Source: Candidatus Micrarchaeota archaeon
GTDB taxonomy: Archaea > B1Sed10-29 > WALL01 > WAMD01
Reading direction: 5' to 3'
DNA: 64,000 nt
NCBI GenBank assembly: GCA_964652335.1
Contig: CAZZDL010000001.1
Span: 89,216 to 153,215, forward strand
Shown here: piece after piece, positions 1 through 10,386 of the stretch
Numbering within the stretch: position 1 is the first letter of the stretch
How the letters are laid out: every line of letters begins with the position of its first letter
Position numbers and translations under genes: made by a program
The notes under the pieces: model-generated
Seen by the model: the letters and a program-made list of their open reading frames with translations, nothing else
What the model was told of the DNA's origin: nothing
Databases searched by the model: none

Positions 1-15
1 TCCCTGAATCATAGG

Positions 16-492
16 TTGAACAGGCTCACAGCATATCTAGGAGACCTTGCTAAATACAAAGTATCTGCAATCGCGCTTCCAAGCGAGGAGAGAATAGTAT
101 ATGATTCAACCATAGACAGGAGGATTAGCCAATCAAAACCAGAACCAGGAGAGATTGTTTATGATGTTGACCCTTCCATAATAAAGGCAGACCTGCTACC
201 AGAACTATCTGCTAAACATGGGTTGTCTCTTTTTATGTCTGATGGAAAAAGAGCTCTTGTTTACGGGAGTAAAGTAGAATCTGCATTTCTGCAGCCTTTC
301 GTTTTTCTAGGTGAGACAGACAGGCTAGTGGATTTTTTAAGAAAGCAAGGGATTGGCAAGGTTATACTAAGATATAGTATATCTCCAACTGCGTACTACA
401 AGGAGAAACAGAAAATTGAGTCAAAGCTAAGCGGAAATGATACCGCGTATATCTTTAAGTCCAAGAGGTATATCCTACTGAAAAAGATTTAA
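16..492 (+). CDS. hypothetical protein (158 aa); the reading frame is open back to the window edge, so the N-terminus may be truncated
   Basis: ORF track; no recognisable motif; frame 1 has no stop between positions 1 and 15. Confidence 0.4.
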   Translation: MNRLTAYLGDLAKYKVSAIALPSEERIVYDSTIDRRISQSKPEPGEIVYDVDPSIIKADLLPELSAKHGLSLFMSDGKRALVYGSKVESAFLQPFVFLGETDRLVDFLRKQGIGKVILRYSISPTAYYKEKQKIESKLSGNDTAYIFKSKRYILLKKI

Positions 493-916
493 TGATAGTC
501 TTATTTCCCACTATTATCTTTAACGTATAATCTCCTTCATCTAGATTGTGGAACGTTAAATAGACAGGGAAATTGCAACAGTTTCCATCTGTGCTTACTG
601 TTATCTCTATCGTCTTGTTATGATACTTCATCCTGAGTCTTGGTTCTGTGCATGATTTTATGTTCTCCACCACTGTTGCTTTTCTGTTTTCTACTTTGAT
701 TAACTCTTTCTCTGTCTCATTGCATTTCCCGAAGAAATAACTTGTTATAATCGGGAGCTCTTCACTTTCATAGCTGTTCTGATTCTTGTATGAAACATTT
801 TTGGTATTGTTTTGTGTGAAGGTTTCCTGCAAATTAGTCCCTTCATTTATTCCTATGCATCCTGTCCATAATACTAACACAACTACTATAGCCAGACCGA
901 GTATCCAGTTATTCAT
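455..916 (-). CDS. secreted or lipoprotein-like small protein
   Basis: N-terminal hydrophobic signal ending LWTGC (lipobox-like); Cys-rich mature part. Confidence 0.4.
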   Translation of the reverse strand: MNNWILGLAIVVVLVLWTGCIGINEGTNLQETFTQNNTKNVSYKNQNSYESEELPIITSYFFGKCNETEKELIKVENRKATVVENIKSCTEPRLRMKYHNKTIEITVSTDGNCCNFPVYLTFHNLDEGDYTLKIIVGNKTIIKSFSVGYTSWT

Positions 917-1466
917 TTATCACACCCATTATTTTGCTATCTGTAACTGCTCCCCTCCTGATTATTTTGAGTGTGGTTGAATCAAAGACAGTTGATGCTA
1001 CTCCAGGAAGCTCTCCACCGTCTACGTATATATCTGCCCCTTCCAGAGTAAGTGCATCTTCAAATTTCTTTGGTGGTTTTTCTCCAGATAGGTTGGCTGA
1101 ACTAGCTGCTAACGGCCTTTCTGCTAACTCTCTTGCAAACCAGTGATTAGGGACTCGTAGCCCTATCTTTCCTCCTTTGGTGGGTACTATTATAGTCAGT
1201 GGACCTGGCCAAAATTTATCTGCTAGCCTCTTTGCGATGGAGTTAAACTCTCCTAATTTGTATGCCATTTTTTTGTCTCTTACCAATACAGCCAAGGGTT
1301 TTGATCTTGATCTTTTCTTTATTATGTATATCCTCTCTACTGCATCCTTCATGTCTAGATATGCTCCGACACCATAAACTGTGTCTGTAGGGAATACAGC
1401 TACCCCTCCAGCCTTTAACACTCGTTTCGTTTCTTCTAGACATTCCTTTGTATCAGTACATATCAT
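909..1466 (-). CDS. tsaC: L-threonylcarbamoyladenylate synthase (Sua5/YrdC/YciO family, YrdC-only form)
   Basis: Motifs VFPTDTVYGVGA and KPLAVLV are typical of the YrdC domain; 185 aa. Confidence 0.75.
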   Translation of the reverse strand: MICTDTKECLEETKRVLKAGGVAVFPTDTVYGVGAYLDMKDAVERIYIIKKRSRSKPLAVLVRDKKMAYKLGEFNSIAKRLADKFWPGPLTIIVPTKGGKIGLRVPNHWFARELAERPLAASSANLSGEKPPKKFEDALTLEGADIYVDGGELPGVASTVFDSTTLKIIRRGAVTDSKIMGVINE

Positions 1467-1496
1467 AAACTGATTAGTGTTCTTTGATAATAAAAA

Positions 1497-2699
1497 TCAT
1501 TCATATCTTAGTGCGTCAACAGGGTTCATCTTTGCAGCTGCTCTGGCTGGCATCACACCAGATATCACTCCAACTATAAATGAGAAAGCTAGCGAACCAA
1601 CTATAAGCAAGGGATCAAAGCTAGCTTTCAACAACTTTGTTTGCATAGCAGATGCTGCATAAACTTCAACAATCTTTGCAAAGCCTAAACCAATGGATAA
1701 TCCAATTAATCCACCAATTAGTCCAATGATACCAGACTCAAGCAGGAATATCATCATTATATCAACATCTCTTGCTCCAACAGCTTTCATCACACCAATA
1801 TGTCTAGTCCTTTCAACAACAGCCATATACATTGTATTCATTATTCCTATGCCACCAACAACAAGTGAGATTGCAGCTACAGCAATGAATACAATACTAA
1901 CAAGACCAAGTATTGTTTTGGCTCTCTCTAACAATTCCTTTGAGGTAAGCACCTGAAAATCTTCTGTTCCTCTGTGGTTTTTTAGCTTGAGTTTTATAGC
2001 CTTAGCAACGTCTTCAACGTTTCTTCCTTCTTCAACCTTCACCATTATCATATCTATCCTGTCACTCTCTCCAAATATTTCTCTAGCTGCTTCAAGTGGA
2101 ATAGATATCTGGTTATCGTCCATCCTATTCCCTATCTCGTTCATTATCCCTATAACCTTGAACTTTTTTCCTTCAATTTTTATATAACTACCAACGCTAA
2201 CTTTGTCATTGAAGACGTTCTTGTAAACATTGTATCCAACGATTGCCTTGTACATGTCCCCCCTCTTCAAACTTCTACCTTCTTTTAGTCCAACGCTTGC
2301 AAATAGGTCCGTTAACTTCTCCCCATCTTTTGATGGGATGGCATACATAAAGATGGATTTTTTATCTCCTCTGAATTCAACGTTCACTGCTTTGTAGTAC
2401 AACGGAATTGAATAATCCACTCCAGGAACATTTTCAACCACATCATTGTCACTCATCTTTAAAGGTGACCCGAGCATATTTAGAATTGGAGATGTGCTAC
2501 CCTCTGTTCCTGGGAGTATCATTATTGTGTTTGTTCCCATGCTTTCGAATTGGGAGTTTATAGCTTCCATCAGACCTTGATTTATGGATACCAAAGAGGA
2601 GACAGCAGCAATACCAATCACTATCCCTAGGATGGTCAGCCAACTTCTCAATCGCCTGTGTTTGAGGTTTATCACTGCTAGATTTATGTAGTCTTTCAC
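1497..2699 (-). CDS. ABC transporter permease, FtsX/MacB-like
   Basis: N-terminal TM, a large extracytoplasmic domain, then three C-terminal TMs (FtsX fold); 4-nt overlap with the upstream ATPase gene. Confidence 0.75.
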   Translation of the reverse strand: MKDYINLAVINLKHRRLRSWLTILGIVIGIAAVSSLVSINQGLMEAINSQFESMGTNTIMILPGTEGSTSPILNMLGSPLKMSDNDVVENVPGVDYSIPLYYKAVNVEFRGDKKSIFMYAIPSKDGEKLTDLFASVGLKEGRSLKRGDMYKAIVGYNVYKNVFNDKVSVGSYIKIEGKKFKVIGIMNEIGNRMDDNQISIPLEAAREIFGESDRIDMIMVKVEEGRNVEDVAKAIKLKLKNHRGTEDFQVLTSKELLERAKTILGLVSIVFIAVAAISLVVGGIGIMNTMYMAVVERTRHIGVMKAVGARDVDIMMIFLLESGIIGLIGGLIGLSIGLGFAKIVEVYAASAMQTKLLKASFDPLLIVGSLAFSFIVGVISGVMPARAAAKMNPVDALRYE

Positions 2700-3361
2700 T
2701 TTACTATCCTCCCATCCTTTATTTTTACTATCCTCTTAGCCTTCTTAGCTATGCTTTTATCATGCGTAACCACCACAAGTGTTTTTCCTTTTTTGTTCAA
2801 TCCCACTAACAGATCTAGAACTTCTTTTCCTGACTTTGAGTCAAGATTACCTGTTGGTTCATCAGCTAGTATCATTTTGGGGTTGTTCGCCAAAGCCCTT
2901 GCAATTGCAACTCTCTGCTGTTGCCCACCGCTCAACTGATTTGGTAAATGGCCCATTCTATCTCCAAGACCTAGCATTTGTAGAAGTGAAACTGCTCTCT
3001 CCCTCATTTTTCTTTTCTCAACTCCTTGGAAGATCATTGGCAATTCTACGTTTTGCAAAGCTGTTAAGCTAGGTATCAAATTGTAGTTCTGGAACACAAA
3101 CCCAATTATCTTTCCTCTAATTCTTGCTAGCTCAGATGGATCCATCTTTGATATGTCCTTTCCATCCAATAGTATTCTCCCTTTAGTTGGGATGTCCAGA
3201 CATCCCATCAAATGCATTAATGTTGATTTACCGCTTCCACTAGCACCAACTATTGCTACAAACTCCCCGTCCTTTATAGTTAGACTAACTCCTCTAACTG
3301 CATGAACTTCCACACTCTCACTTGGTCTGTAAGTCTTCCACACATTTTCTAGTTTTATCAA
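2696..3361 (-). CDS. ABC transporter ATP-binding protein (MacB/LolD-like)
   Basis: Walker A GASGSGKST, signature LSGGQQQRVAIARAL, Walker B ILADEPTGNLD. Confidence 0.85.
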   Translation of the reverse strand: MIKLENVWKTYRPSESVEVHAVRGVSLTIKDGEFVAIVGASGSGKSTLMHLMGCLDIPTKGRILLDGKDISKMDPSELARIRGKIIGFVFQNYNLIPSLTALQNVELPMIFQGVEKRKMRERAVSLLQMLGLGDRMGHLPNQLSGGQQQRVAIARALANNPKMILADEPTGNLDSKSGKEVLDLLVGLNKKGKTLVVVTHDKSIAKKAKRIVKIKDGRIVK

Positions 3362-3368
3362 TGTGTAA

Positions 3369-4859
3369 TCACCTTATGAACTTCTTGTATGCTATGTATC
3401 CAACGGCAATCAACACAATTAGGCCAATGATATAACCCCATGGAATAGGCTTTGGATACACCCTTATTTTTACTGTGAAATTCTGTGCATATCTGTTCCC
3501 TTGGTTATCTGCATACTCTGCAGTTATTGTTATCTCCTTAGTACCACTACCTTCAATTAGCCTAAAACTTGCAGTGCTTGTGTCTTCGCTTTTGATTGTC
3601 CCCAAGAACACCGTTTGATCGTCTATCTTTGCAACCACATTTCTCGCGTCTCCACTACCTTCATTTTCCAACTGTACAGACAACTTAAATGGCTCCCCTG
3701 CATATATCACATCCACGTCTTCGTCTAAGTCAGATATGACAAGGTGGGGGATGCCTTTTAGATTTATTCCTATCTTTTGTGTTATTGTTTCAAAATCTCC
3801 TCCAGATATTGTCAGGTCTATTGAATACGGTCTTTCCTCTGCATCCTTTGAGAAGGCGATTTCAAATTCAACACTTTTCTTTTCACCTGGGCCTATTCTG
3901 TCTACATATCTAGCAGAACTTCCAATCACAGAGAAAATCTGCTTTGTAGTCGCTCCGCTTGTTAGCCCACCAGTCTCAGATATGTAGATTGGAGCAAGAG
4001 ACACATAGAAGCCCCTTAGTGCAGAGGAACCATGGTTGACTAGATCTATCACCATTTTACATTCCTTACCTGGCTCTGGGGGTTTATCAAATCTGATAGA
4101 TTCTATAGCCAATGGCGGGTACCCAGAGACGTCAATAATAAAGTTCTCTGAGTAAGAGTTTCCATTGTATTCAACAGTAATTGTTCCAGTGTAACTGCCA
4201 GATGAAGCCAGTTTACTTGCATATATCTGGAAGTCTAAAACAGTTTCTTCACCAGTTTTCATATCTATCTCTTTTTCTGATGGGGGCTTGACAAATAAAG
4301 GGGATGGAACAGATAAGCTAACTTTTATGTTGCTTATATCTACGTTTCCATCGTTCAGCAAATGCACAGTTACATTACCTTCTTCCCCAGGCCCAATACC
4401 ACTTACGTCAACACCACTAACTTCTATTTTTTCTTTGTTTTCCACATTTATCCCAATTGTTTTCATTGATTCAATCTTCCAATATCTTGTCTTTTCTTCA
4501 GACTCGCTCCATTCAGCGTAGTAATAAGTTAGCTTATGATTCAGTGTGTACTGCCCAGGGTCAGCGTTCTTGTCTACATGTAATATGTACACCACAGTGG
4601 ATTTTTGCCCAGGATCAAGCCTCGGTATAAACCCTTTCACTTCTACACCACTGAATGGATAGGAGGGTATTACCTCTGTAGAAATGTTGTAATAGGTTTC
4701 TTTTCCCCAGTTTTCTATTGTTACCTCCAGCCTCACATCACTCCCAGGCACAGCTGGATCTGGGTATGCAGTTGGGAAGAAAGAATGGAACAACAAACCA
4801 GATGTCTCTCCAACTGCCAGACCGGTAAAGAGCAACAACACAAATAAAACCTTTTTCAT
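3369..4859 (-). CDS. cell-surface protein with N-terminal signal peptide and C-terminal TM anchor; first gene of an operon with the ABC ATPase and permease
   Basis: MKKVLFVLLLFTGLAVG signal peptide; C-terminal IIGLIVLIAVGYIAYKKFIR anchor; beta-rich repeats. Confidence 0.5.
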   Translation of the reverse strand: MKKVLFVLLLFTGLAVGETSGLLFHSFFPTAYPDPAVPGSDVRLEVTIENWGKETYYNISTEVIPSYPFSGVEVKGFIPRLDPGQKSTVVYILHVDKNADPGQYTLNHKLTYYYAEWSESEEKTRYWKIESMKTIGINVENKEKIEVSGVDVSGIGPGEEGNVTVHLLNDGNVDISNIKVSLSVPSPLFVKPPSEKEIDMKTGEETVLDFQIYASKLASSGSYTGTITVEYNGNSYSENFIIDVSGYPPLAIESIRFDKPPEPGKECKMVIDLVNHGSSALRGFYVSLAPIYISETGGLTSGATTKQIFSVIGSSARYVDRIGPGEKKSVEFEIAFSKDAEERPYSIDLTISGGDFETITQKIGINLKGIPHLVISDLDEDVDVIYAGEPFKLSVQLENEGSGDARNVVAKIDDQTVFLGTIKSEDTSTASFRLIEGSGTKEITITAEYADNQGNRYAQNFTVKIRVYPKPIPWGYIIGLIVLIAVGYIAYKKFIR

Positions 4860-4863
4860 AACA

Positions 4864-5061
4864 TCACCTCATGAATATGTCCTCAATCTTTTTTCTAAAG
4901 AACCTTGATATTTTAAACGCAAGCCTTAAGCTAGGATCATACTTACCTTTTTCTATTGAGATAATAGTTTGCCTAGTAACCCCTAGTTTCTTAGCTAGCT
5001 CTTCCTGACTTATGCCCCTTTTCTCTCTCAGTTCCTTTATCTTGTTTTTCATAGCTTCCAC
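4864..5061 (-). CDS. XRE-family HTH transcriptional regulator (65 aa)
   Basis: GISQEELAKKLGVTRQTIISIEKG matches the Cro/C1 HTH. Confidence 0.7.
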   Translation of the reverse strand: MEAMKNKIKELREKRGISQEELAKKLGVTRQTIISIEKGKYDPSLRLAFKISRFFRKKIEDIFMR

Positions 5062-5411
5062 TCATAGTATTTTGTGAATGCAAATTTCAGTATGAGGAAT
5101 GTTATCAGTGCAATTTCAAGTCCAGCTGATAGTTCTCTTTTTTCAAAGGCAGACAATATGATTATCCCAGTGAGTAGCAGAATTGCAAATACCTGGCTAG
5201 CCCTGGTGGACGCAAGCATATGTATTTGCATTATCCTCTCATCAATCAATGGTTCTTTTACTAATCCCTTGAGGAGGTAAATCAAAGTTATACCAGAAAC
5301 AAACAAGAGAATGGCTGCCCATGTAATGTTTAGCCAAATCAAGATCATAAATCCTATGAATACGATTGCGCCGATGCTCCTAGCGACCAATGTAAAGGTT
5401 TCTGCCTTCAT
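5049..5411 (-). CDS. small integral membrane protein (4 predicted TM); start overlaps the stop of the HTH gene
   Basis: hydrophobicity pattern; coupling to the XRE gene. Confidence 0.45.
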   Translation of the reverse strand: MKAETFTLVARSIGAIVFIGFMILIWLNITWAAILLFVSGITLIYLLKGLVKEPLIDERIMQIHMLASTRASQVFAILLLTGIIILSAFEKRELSAGLEIALITFLILKFAFTKYYEWKL

Positions 5412-5505
5412 GTTATCACGTAAAGGAAACTTTACGTAAAGTTTTGTTTACATAGTATAAAAGATTTACTCAAAGATTTAAATCTTTCTTTCAAAAAAGA
5501 GACAT

Positions 5506-6114
5506 ATGCAATCAAACAGAGACCTAGTAGAGTACCTTGTAAAGGCGGGATATATACGTACATATTCTGTGAAGCGTGCATTTTTGGCGGTGGATAGGAA
5601 GGATTTTGTGCCGTGGAACTACAAGCATTTGGCCTATGTGGATGAGCCTTTGCCGATTGGATATGGACAAACCATTTCTGCTCCAAGTATAATAGCAGAG
5701 ATGATTGAGATATTGAAGGTCAAACCAGATAATAAAGTACTAGAGGTTGGAACAGGATCAGGATATGTTACCGCTATCCTTTCAAAGCTAGCTAAGGAAG
5801 TATATTCAATAGAAATAGTCCCTCAGCTTTTAGAGGAAGCGAAGGAAAAGCTGAAAAGATACCCAAATGTTCACTTGTTCATTGCTAGTGGGTGGGAGGG
5901 GCTCCCCGCGTATGCACCATTTGATAGAATAATCCTTGGCTGCGCTCCAGTAGAGCCACCAGTTAAGCTGTTAGACCAGCTTTCTAATGGTGGGATTGCA
6001 GTATTCCCACTAGGTCCTAAATGGAACCAGTATTTGTACATGGCTAAAAAGAATAAAGAGATCCATCTAGAAAATCTTGGTATTCAGGTTGTATTTGTTC
6101 CAATGGTAAGGTGA
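5506..6114 (+). CDS. pcm: protein-L-isoaspartate O-methyltransferase
   Basis: SAM motif LEVGTGSGY and the PIMT-like N-terminus YIRTYSVKRAFLAVDRKDFVP. Confidence 0.8.
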   Translation: MQSNRDLVEYLVKAGYIRTYSVKRAFLAVDRKDFVPWNYKHLAYVDEPLPIGYGQTISAPSIIAEMIEILKVKPDNKVLEVGTGSGYVTAILSKLAKEVYSIEIVPQLLEEAKEKLKRYPNVHLFIASGWEGLPAYAPFDRIILGCAPVEPPVKLLDQLSNGGIAVFPLGPKWNQYLYMAKKNKEIHLENLGIQVVFVPMVR

Positions 6115-6118
6115 TGTC

Positions 6119-6517
6119 ATGAGACCAGTTTGTGTAGATGCAGTCATAGTGAAGGGTGGAAATATTTTACTACTAAGAAGGAATCATGATCCATTCTTAG
6201 GGTATTGGGTTCTCCCAGGAGGGTATGTGGAAGAAGATGAAACAGTTGAAGAAGCTTTGGTTAGGGAAATCAAGGAGGAAACAGGGCTGGATGTTCGGAT
6301 TGTTAAATTGGTGGGAGTATTCTCTGGCCCAGATAGAGATCCAAGGCACACAGTATCTGTGGCATTTCTAGCTATTCCCAAGTCAGGGAAGCTAGCTTTG
6401 AATAAAGAGGCCACAGAGGCTAAATGGTTTCCAATCCACAAGCTACCGGAAAACATTGGGTTTGATCATAAAGAGATAATAAAGGAAGCAATTGCCCGAT
6501 TGCCTGCTAATATTTAA
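6119..6517 (+). CDS. NUDIX hydrolase
   Basis: Nudix box GGYVEEDETVEEALVREIKEETGL. Confidence 0.75.
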   Translation: MRPVCVDAVIVKGGNILLLRRNHDPFLGYWVLPGGYVEEDETVEEALVREIKEETGLDVRIVKLVGVFSGPDRDPRHTVSVAFLAIPKSGKLALNKEATEAKWFPIHKLPENIGFDHKEIIKEAIARLPANI

Positions 6518-6540
6518 TAACTAGTTCTTCAAAAACTAAT

Positions 6541-7290
6541 GTGGTGAAGTGTATGGAGGTTACCTTTGCTTCTGCAAAACAATTTCAGTCTTTGATAAGT
6601 GCAGTCTCAGCCTTAGTAGAGGAAGGAGAGTTCTTCTTTGATGAGGAAGGAATGAAGCTCAGAGCCATGGATCCTTCCCAGATAGCCATGGTTGACCTTT
6701 TTTATCCAAAATCAGCATTTGAGTCATACTCAAGCTCGGGAGAAAGCATTGGAGTGAATATGGCCGACTTAGAAAAAGTAGTAAAAAGAGCCAAGGCAGA
6801 GGACAGGCTTACAATAAAAAAAGGAGATGGTAGGCTAGTTCTAGTATTCAAAGGGAAGACAAAAAGGACATTTACCCTGCCGTTGATGGATCTGGGAGGA
6901 GTTATGCCAAAGGAACCAAGTATCCCATTTGATGCAGAAGTAAAGGTTTATGCTGACTTCCTAAAAGATTCATTCAAGGACGCAAGCATTGTTTCTTCTC
7001 ATGTTGTTCTCAAGGCAACGAAAGAAGCCTTTTACATAGAAGCTAGGGGAGACAAAGGAGAGGTCAACATAGTTGCAGAGAAAGGGGAAGACGTTATCGC
7101 TGGTCTTGACGTGAAGGCAGATTCCAGGGCAATATTCCCATTGGGCTATCTGAATGATTTGATCTCCTCTGCGGAGTCTACTATGATAGTATCTCTTTAT
7201 CTAAAAACAGACGCTCCATTGAAGATGGTATATAATATAGGAGATGGTAGGGTCTCGTATTATGTTGCTCCAAGGATAGAATCTGCTTAA
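6541..7290 (+). CDS. pcn: DNA polymerase sliding clamp PCNA
   Basis: 249 aa; N-terminal FASAKQFQSLISAVSALVEEGEF is PCNA-like; length and composition fit. Confidence 0.8.
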   Translation: MVKCMEVTFASAKQFQSLISAVSALVEEGEFFFDEEGMKLRAMDPSQIAMVDLFYPKSAFESYSSSGESIGVNMADLEKVVKRAKAEDRLTIKKGDGRLVLVFKGKTKRTFTLPLMDLGGVMPKEPSIPFDAEVKVYADFLKDSFKDASIVSSHVVLKATKEAFYIEARGDKGEVNIVAEKGEDVIAGLDVKADSRAIFPLGYLNDLISSAESTMIVSLYLKTDAPLKMVYNIGDGRVSYYVAPRIESA

Positions 7291-7326
7291 TGAATCTATT
7301 TATACGCATAATGTGTATCTTTATCC

Positions 7327-9606
7327 ATGGAGAATTATGTATTCATGTGGGGTGAGGAGAATCACAACAATTACGACCTTACCCCTTTATTGCTAAATTA
7401 CGGGAGAAAAGCAATCAGCAAATTTGGGATTGGACTGAAAAATGCACTAGTTTTTAGCAGGAACTTTTATACAGAATTTTACATGCCAAAATCAGAGCTA
7501 AGAAGGGCTAAAAGATTAGGACTGGAGTTTTATCGTAAAAAATCCAACCTAAAAAAACTCATTAATGATTCAATGAGAGCCATGGAAAATGTTTACCATA
7601 GGGCAGAAACACTAGTTAACACAGATCTTAGGAGATTAACAGATGAAGAGTTTTTTGATGTATACATTTACTATGAGTCTACACTTGGTGAGATATTTAC
7701 TTGCTACTCAATAACGCAACCGCATTATCTTAAAGGATTTGAAGAGCTGTTATTTAAATTTCTTGATGGGAGAGTGGAGGACGTAAATGCCGCAGCAGCT
7801 TTACTAACAAAGCCGGATGTTAAATTTAGATTTGACAAATCAACAGACATATTCAAGTCCTTTGACGAAATTGTTAATAAGGAATCTGTTAAGATTGACA
7901 AATCTCTCATTGGCAAGAGAATATACACATTGGTTAAGACACGCAGTAAGGAAAGAGATAAATTAATTTCAAAATTGAATCCCCCCAAAAAGATTTTACA
8001 CGTGATAGATGTCTTGAAGGAAGTAGCAAGAATAAGGATGGAGATGAGGATATCTTGGATGATTGGACTGTATTATAGGGAGTTGTTGTTTAATGAGATA
8101 AAAAGGAGGAGAAAGATTAGCAGGAGAGAGCTTAGGGCTTATGACAGTGATGAGCTTGATGAGTTGGTGAGAATAGGGAAGAAATTGCCAAAGAAAAAGT
8201 TAGAGAAGAGAAAAATTGGATTTTTGAAATTAATGGAAAACGGAGAGATATTTACGTTTGAAGGAAAGAAAGCAGAGAAGATGTTTAATGAACTCATAGG
8301 AAAACTTGAAGACAAAAAAACATTGGCAGGTATTGTTGCATCGCCTGGATACACAGTTGGTAGGGCAATAATACTTAGCTATAAAAAATCAAGGGAGCAT
8401 TCGTCAAAGATTCAAAAGATGGAGGAAGGGCAGATCATAGTAACAGAAATGACTAGGCCAAATATTGTAGAAGCATGTGAGAAGGCGGGTGCAATAGTTA
8501 CAGATGAAGGTGGGATAACGTCACATGCAGCAATAGTTTCTAGAGAATTAGGTATCCCATGCATAGTTGGAACATCCATTGCCACCAAGGTCATAAAAGA
8601 TGGAGACTACCTTGAAGTAGATGCAAACAGAGGTATCGTAAGGAAATTGTCCAAAGATGAATATGAACAAAAATTGTCCCACCTTGAAAAAAGAAAGCGC
8701 AAGGGGGAAATGAAAGCAAAGGTAAAACTAGCCAAATTGAAGAAAGGATATGTGTTTTGGTTTAGTGAAATAGGAAAAGAGGATGTTTTGACAGTGGGAG
8801 GTAAGGGAGCGAACCTTGGAGAGTTGTATAAATTCGTGGATGTACCAGATGGTTTTTGTGTGTCAACTAATGCATACAAAGAGTTCATAGAGATGCATGG
8901 AATAGACAAGAAGATAAAAGACTTATTGACAGGAATCAGTTTGGATGATCCACATAAAATTGAATTAGTATCCTCAAAGATAAGAAAAATTATACTAAGT
9001 TATGAAATGCCCCAAAGAATAGAGAAGGCAATTCTTGATTATTATAGAGAGTTGAAGGCTGAAAAGGTTTCAGTTAGATCCTCAGCCACGGCAGAGGATA
9101 TGCCTGGGGCTAGTTTCGCTGGTCAGCAGGATACATACTTGAATGTTTCTGGAGAGAGGCGCGTTATTGATTCAGTTAAAAAGTGTTGGGCAAGTCTGTT
9201 TACTCCCAGAGCCATATTTTATAGGGAGAAAAATGGCATAAATCATTTAGATGTTTTGATAGGCGTAGTTATTCAAAGGATGGTTGATGCCAGATATGCG
9301 GGGGTTATGTTTACCAAGGATCCAATACATAAAAAATACATTCTAATAGAGGTTGTCCAAGGCCTTGGGGAGAAACTGGTTTCTGGTAAGGTGACTCCAA
9401 ACTCTTATTTAGTTAGTATAGAAGGTAAGGATAGGATAATATCAAAGAAGGAGAAATTTAGGTTCAAGAGGGAGCTCTTATTTGAAATTGCTCAAATAGG
9501 AAAAAGGATAGAGAGGCATTATAACTTCCCTCAAGATATAGAATGGGCTATAGATAAAAATGAGAAGATATACATACTACAATCAAGACCCATAACCACA
9601 TTGTGA
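7327..9606 (+). CDS. PEP-utilizing enzyme family phosphotransferase with permuted domain order (unknown N-domain, then phosphohistidine swivel domain, then PPDK_N ATP-grasp domain); no PEP-binding TIM barrel
   Basis: [22 protein letters not shown] (His domain) lies upstream of [33 protein letters not shown] and [22 protein letters not shown] (ATP-grasp). Confidence 0.7.
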   Translation: [759 protein letters not shown]

Positions 9607-9607
9607 G

Positions 9608-10330
9608 ATGAGCGGAATGAAAGGTGCAAAAGAAAGAGGGAGAGGAGCCCCTGGGAAAATAGGACTGAAGTTGGACGTTGGTGGCGTCCTGGTCTCAGGC
9701 GAACACTTTAAAATAGCTGATAAGGAGCTTCTTAAATACGTTGAGAATGGAGATAAGGCAAAGTTTAATGAACTTTTGAGTAAAGCGTTAAACGGTGGAA
9801 AGAAAGAATGGAATGATTTTATTAAATTTAAGCAAGAAATTAGGAGAAAAGTAGCTAAAAGGAATCCAGATAAGTTTAAGGAAGTTTTTGAGAAAGTCTT
9901 GGGCGAGGATTATATAAAGGCTGTGAGAAATGCAATAAGTTACTATAGGGAAAAAACAGGAAAGGGAGTAGCTATCCATACCACAATGGATGAAGCTGTG
10001 GCAAAGATATTCAGGGACATTTTTGGTGCAGATACAGTCGTGAAGAAGTTTTCTGATAGTGAGGGAATAGCAATAGACGATCTAGAGGCAGGAACATTTA
10101 GAAACTTGGAAGAATACGCAAAGGCAACAGGAACTGGAGTCAGGCCCGAGAGGCTAATTCTCTATTACAATTTTCCAGCGGCAATGCAAGTCGTGAAGGG
10201 GAGGGGGCATTTGAGGATAAGAGGAATAGCAGTCTTGGATAATTTTGCCAAAGGAGGAGAGATAAAGACCCCAACTCTGGCAGAACTCATACGAGAGATT
10301 GCGAAAAAAGAAGCAGGAGCGAAGAACTAA
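9608..10330 (+). CDS. hypothetical protein (240 aa), translationally coupled to the permuted PEP-utilizing enzyme
   Basis: 2-nt spacing from the upstream stop; Gly/Lys-rich N-terminus; no recognised motif. Confidence 0.5.
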   Translation: MSGMKGAKERGRGAPGKIGLKLDVGGVLVSGEHFKIADKELLKYVENGDKAKFNELLSKALNGGKKEWNDFIKFKQEIRRKVAKRNPDKFKEVFEKVLGEDYIKAVRNAISYYREKTGKGVAIHTTMDEAVAKIFRDIFGADTVVKKFSDSEGIAIDDLEAGTFRNLEEYAKATGTGVRPERLILYYNFPAAMQVVKGRGHLRIRGIAVLDNFAKGGEIKTPTLAELIREIAKKEAGAKN

Positions 10331-10386
10331 TAAACTTATTAAATCTGGAACTCTAAATCTTAAGAGCTTTCTGTTTAGGTGGTAAT

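Noticed and set aside
7327-9606. Calling this gene phosphoenolpyruvate synthase (ppsA)
   Set aside because: The domain order is permuted (His domain before the ATP-grasp) and the PEP-binding barrel is missing. The canonical dikinase is the neighbouring ppdK.
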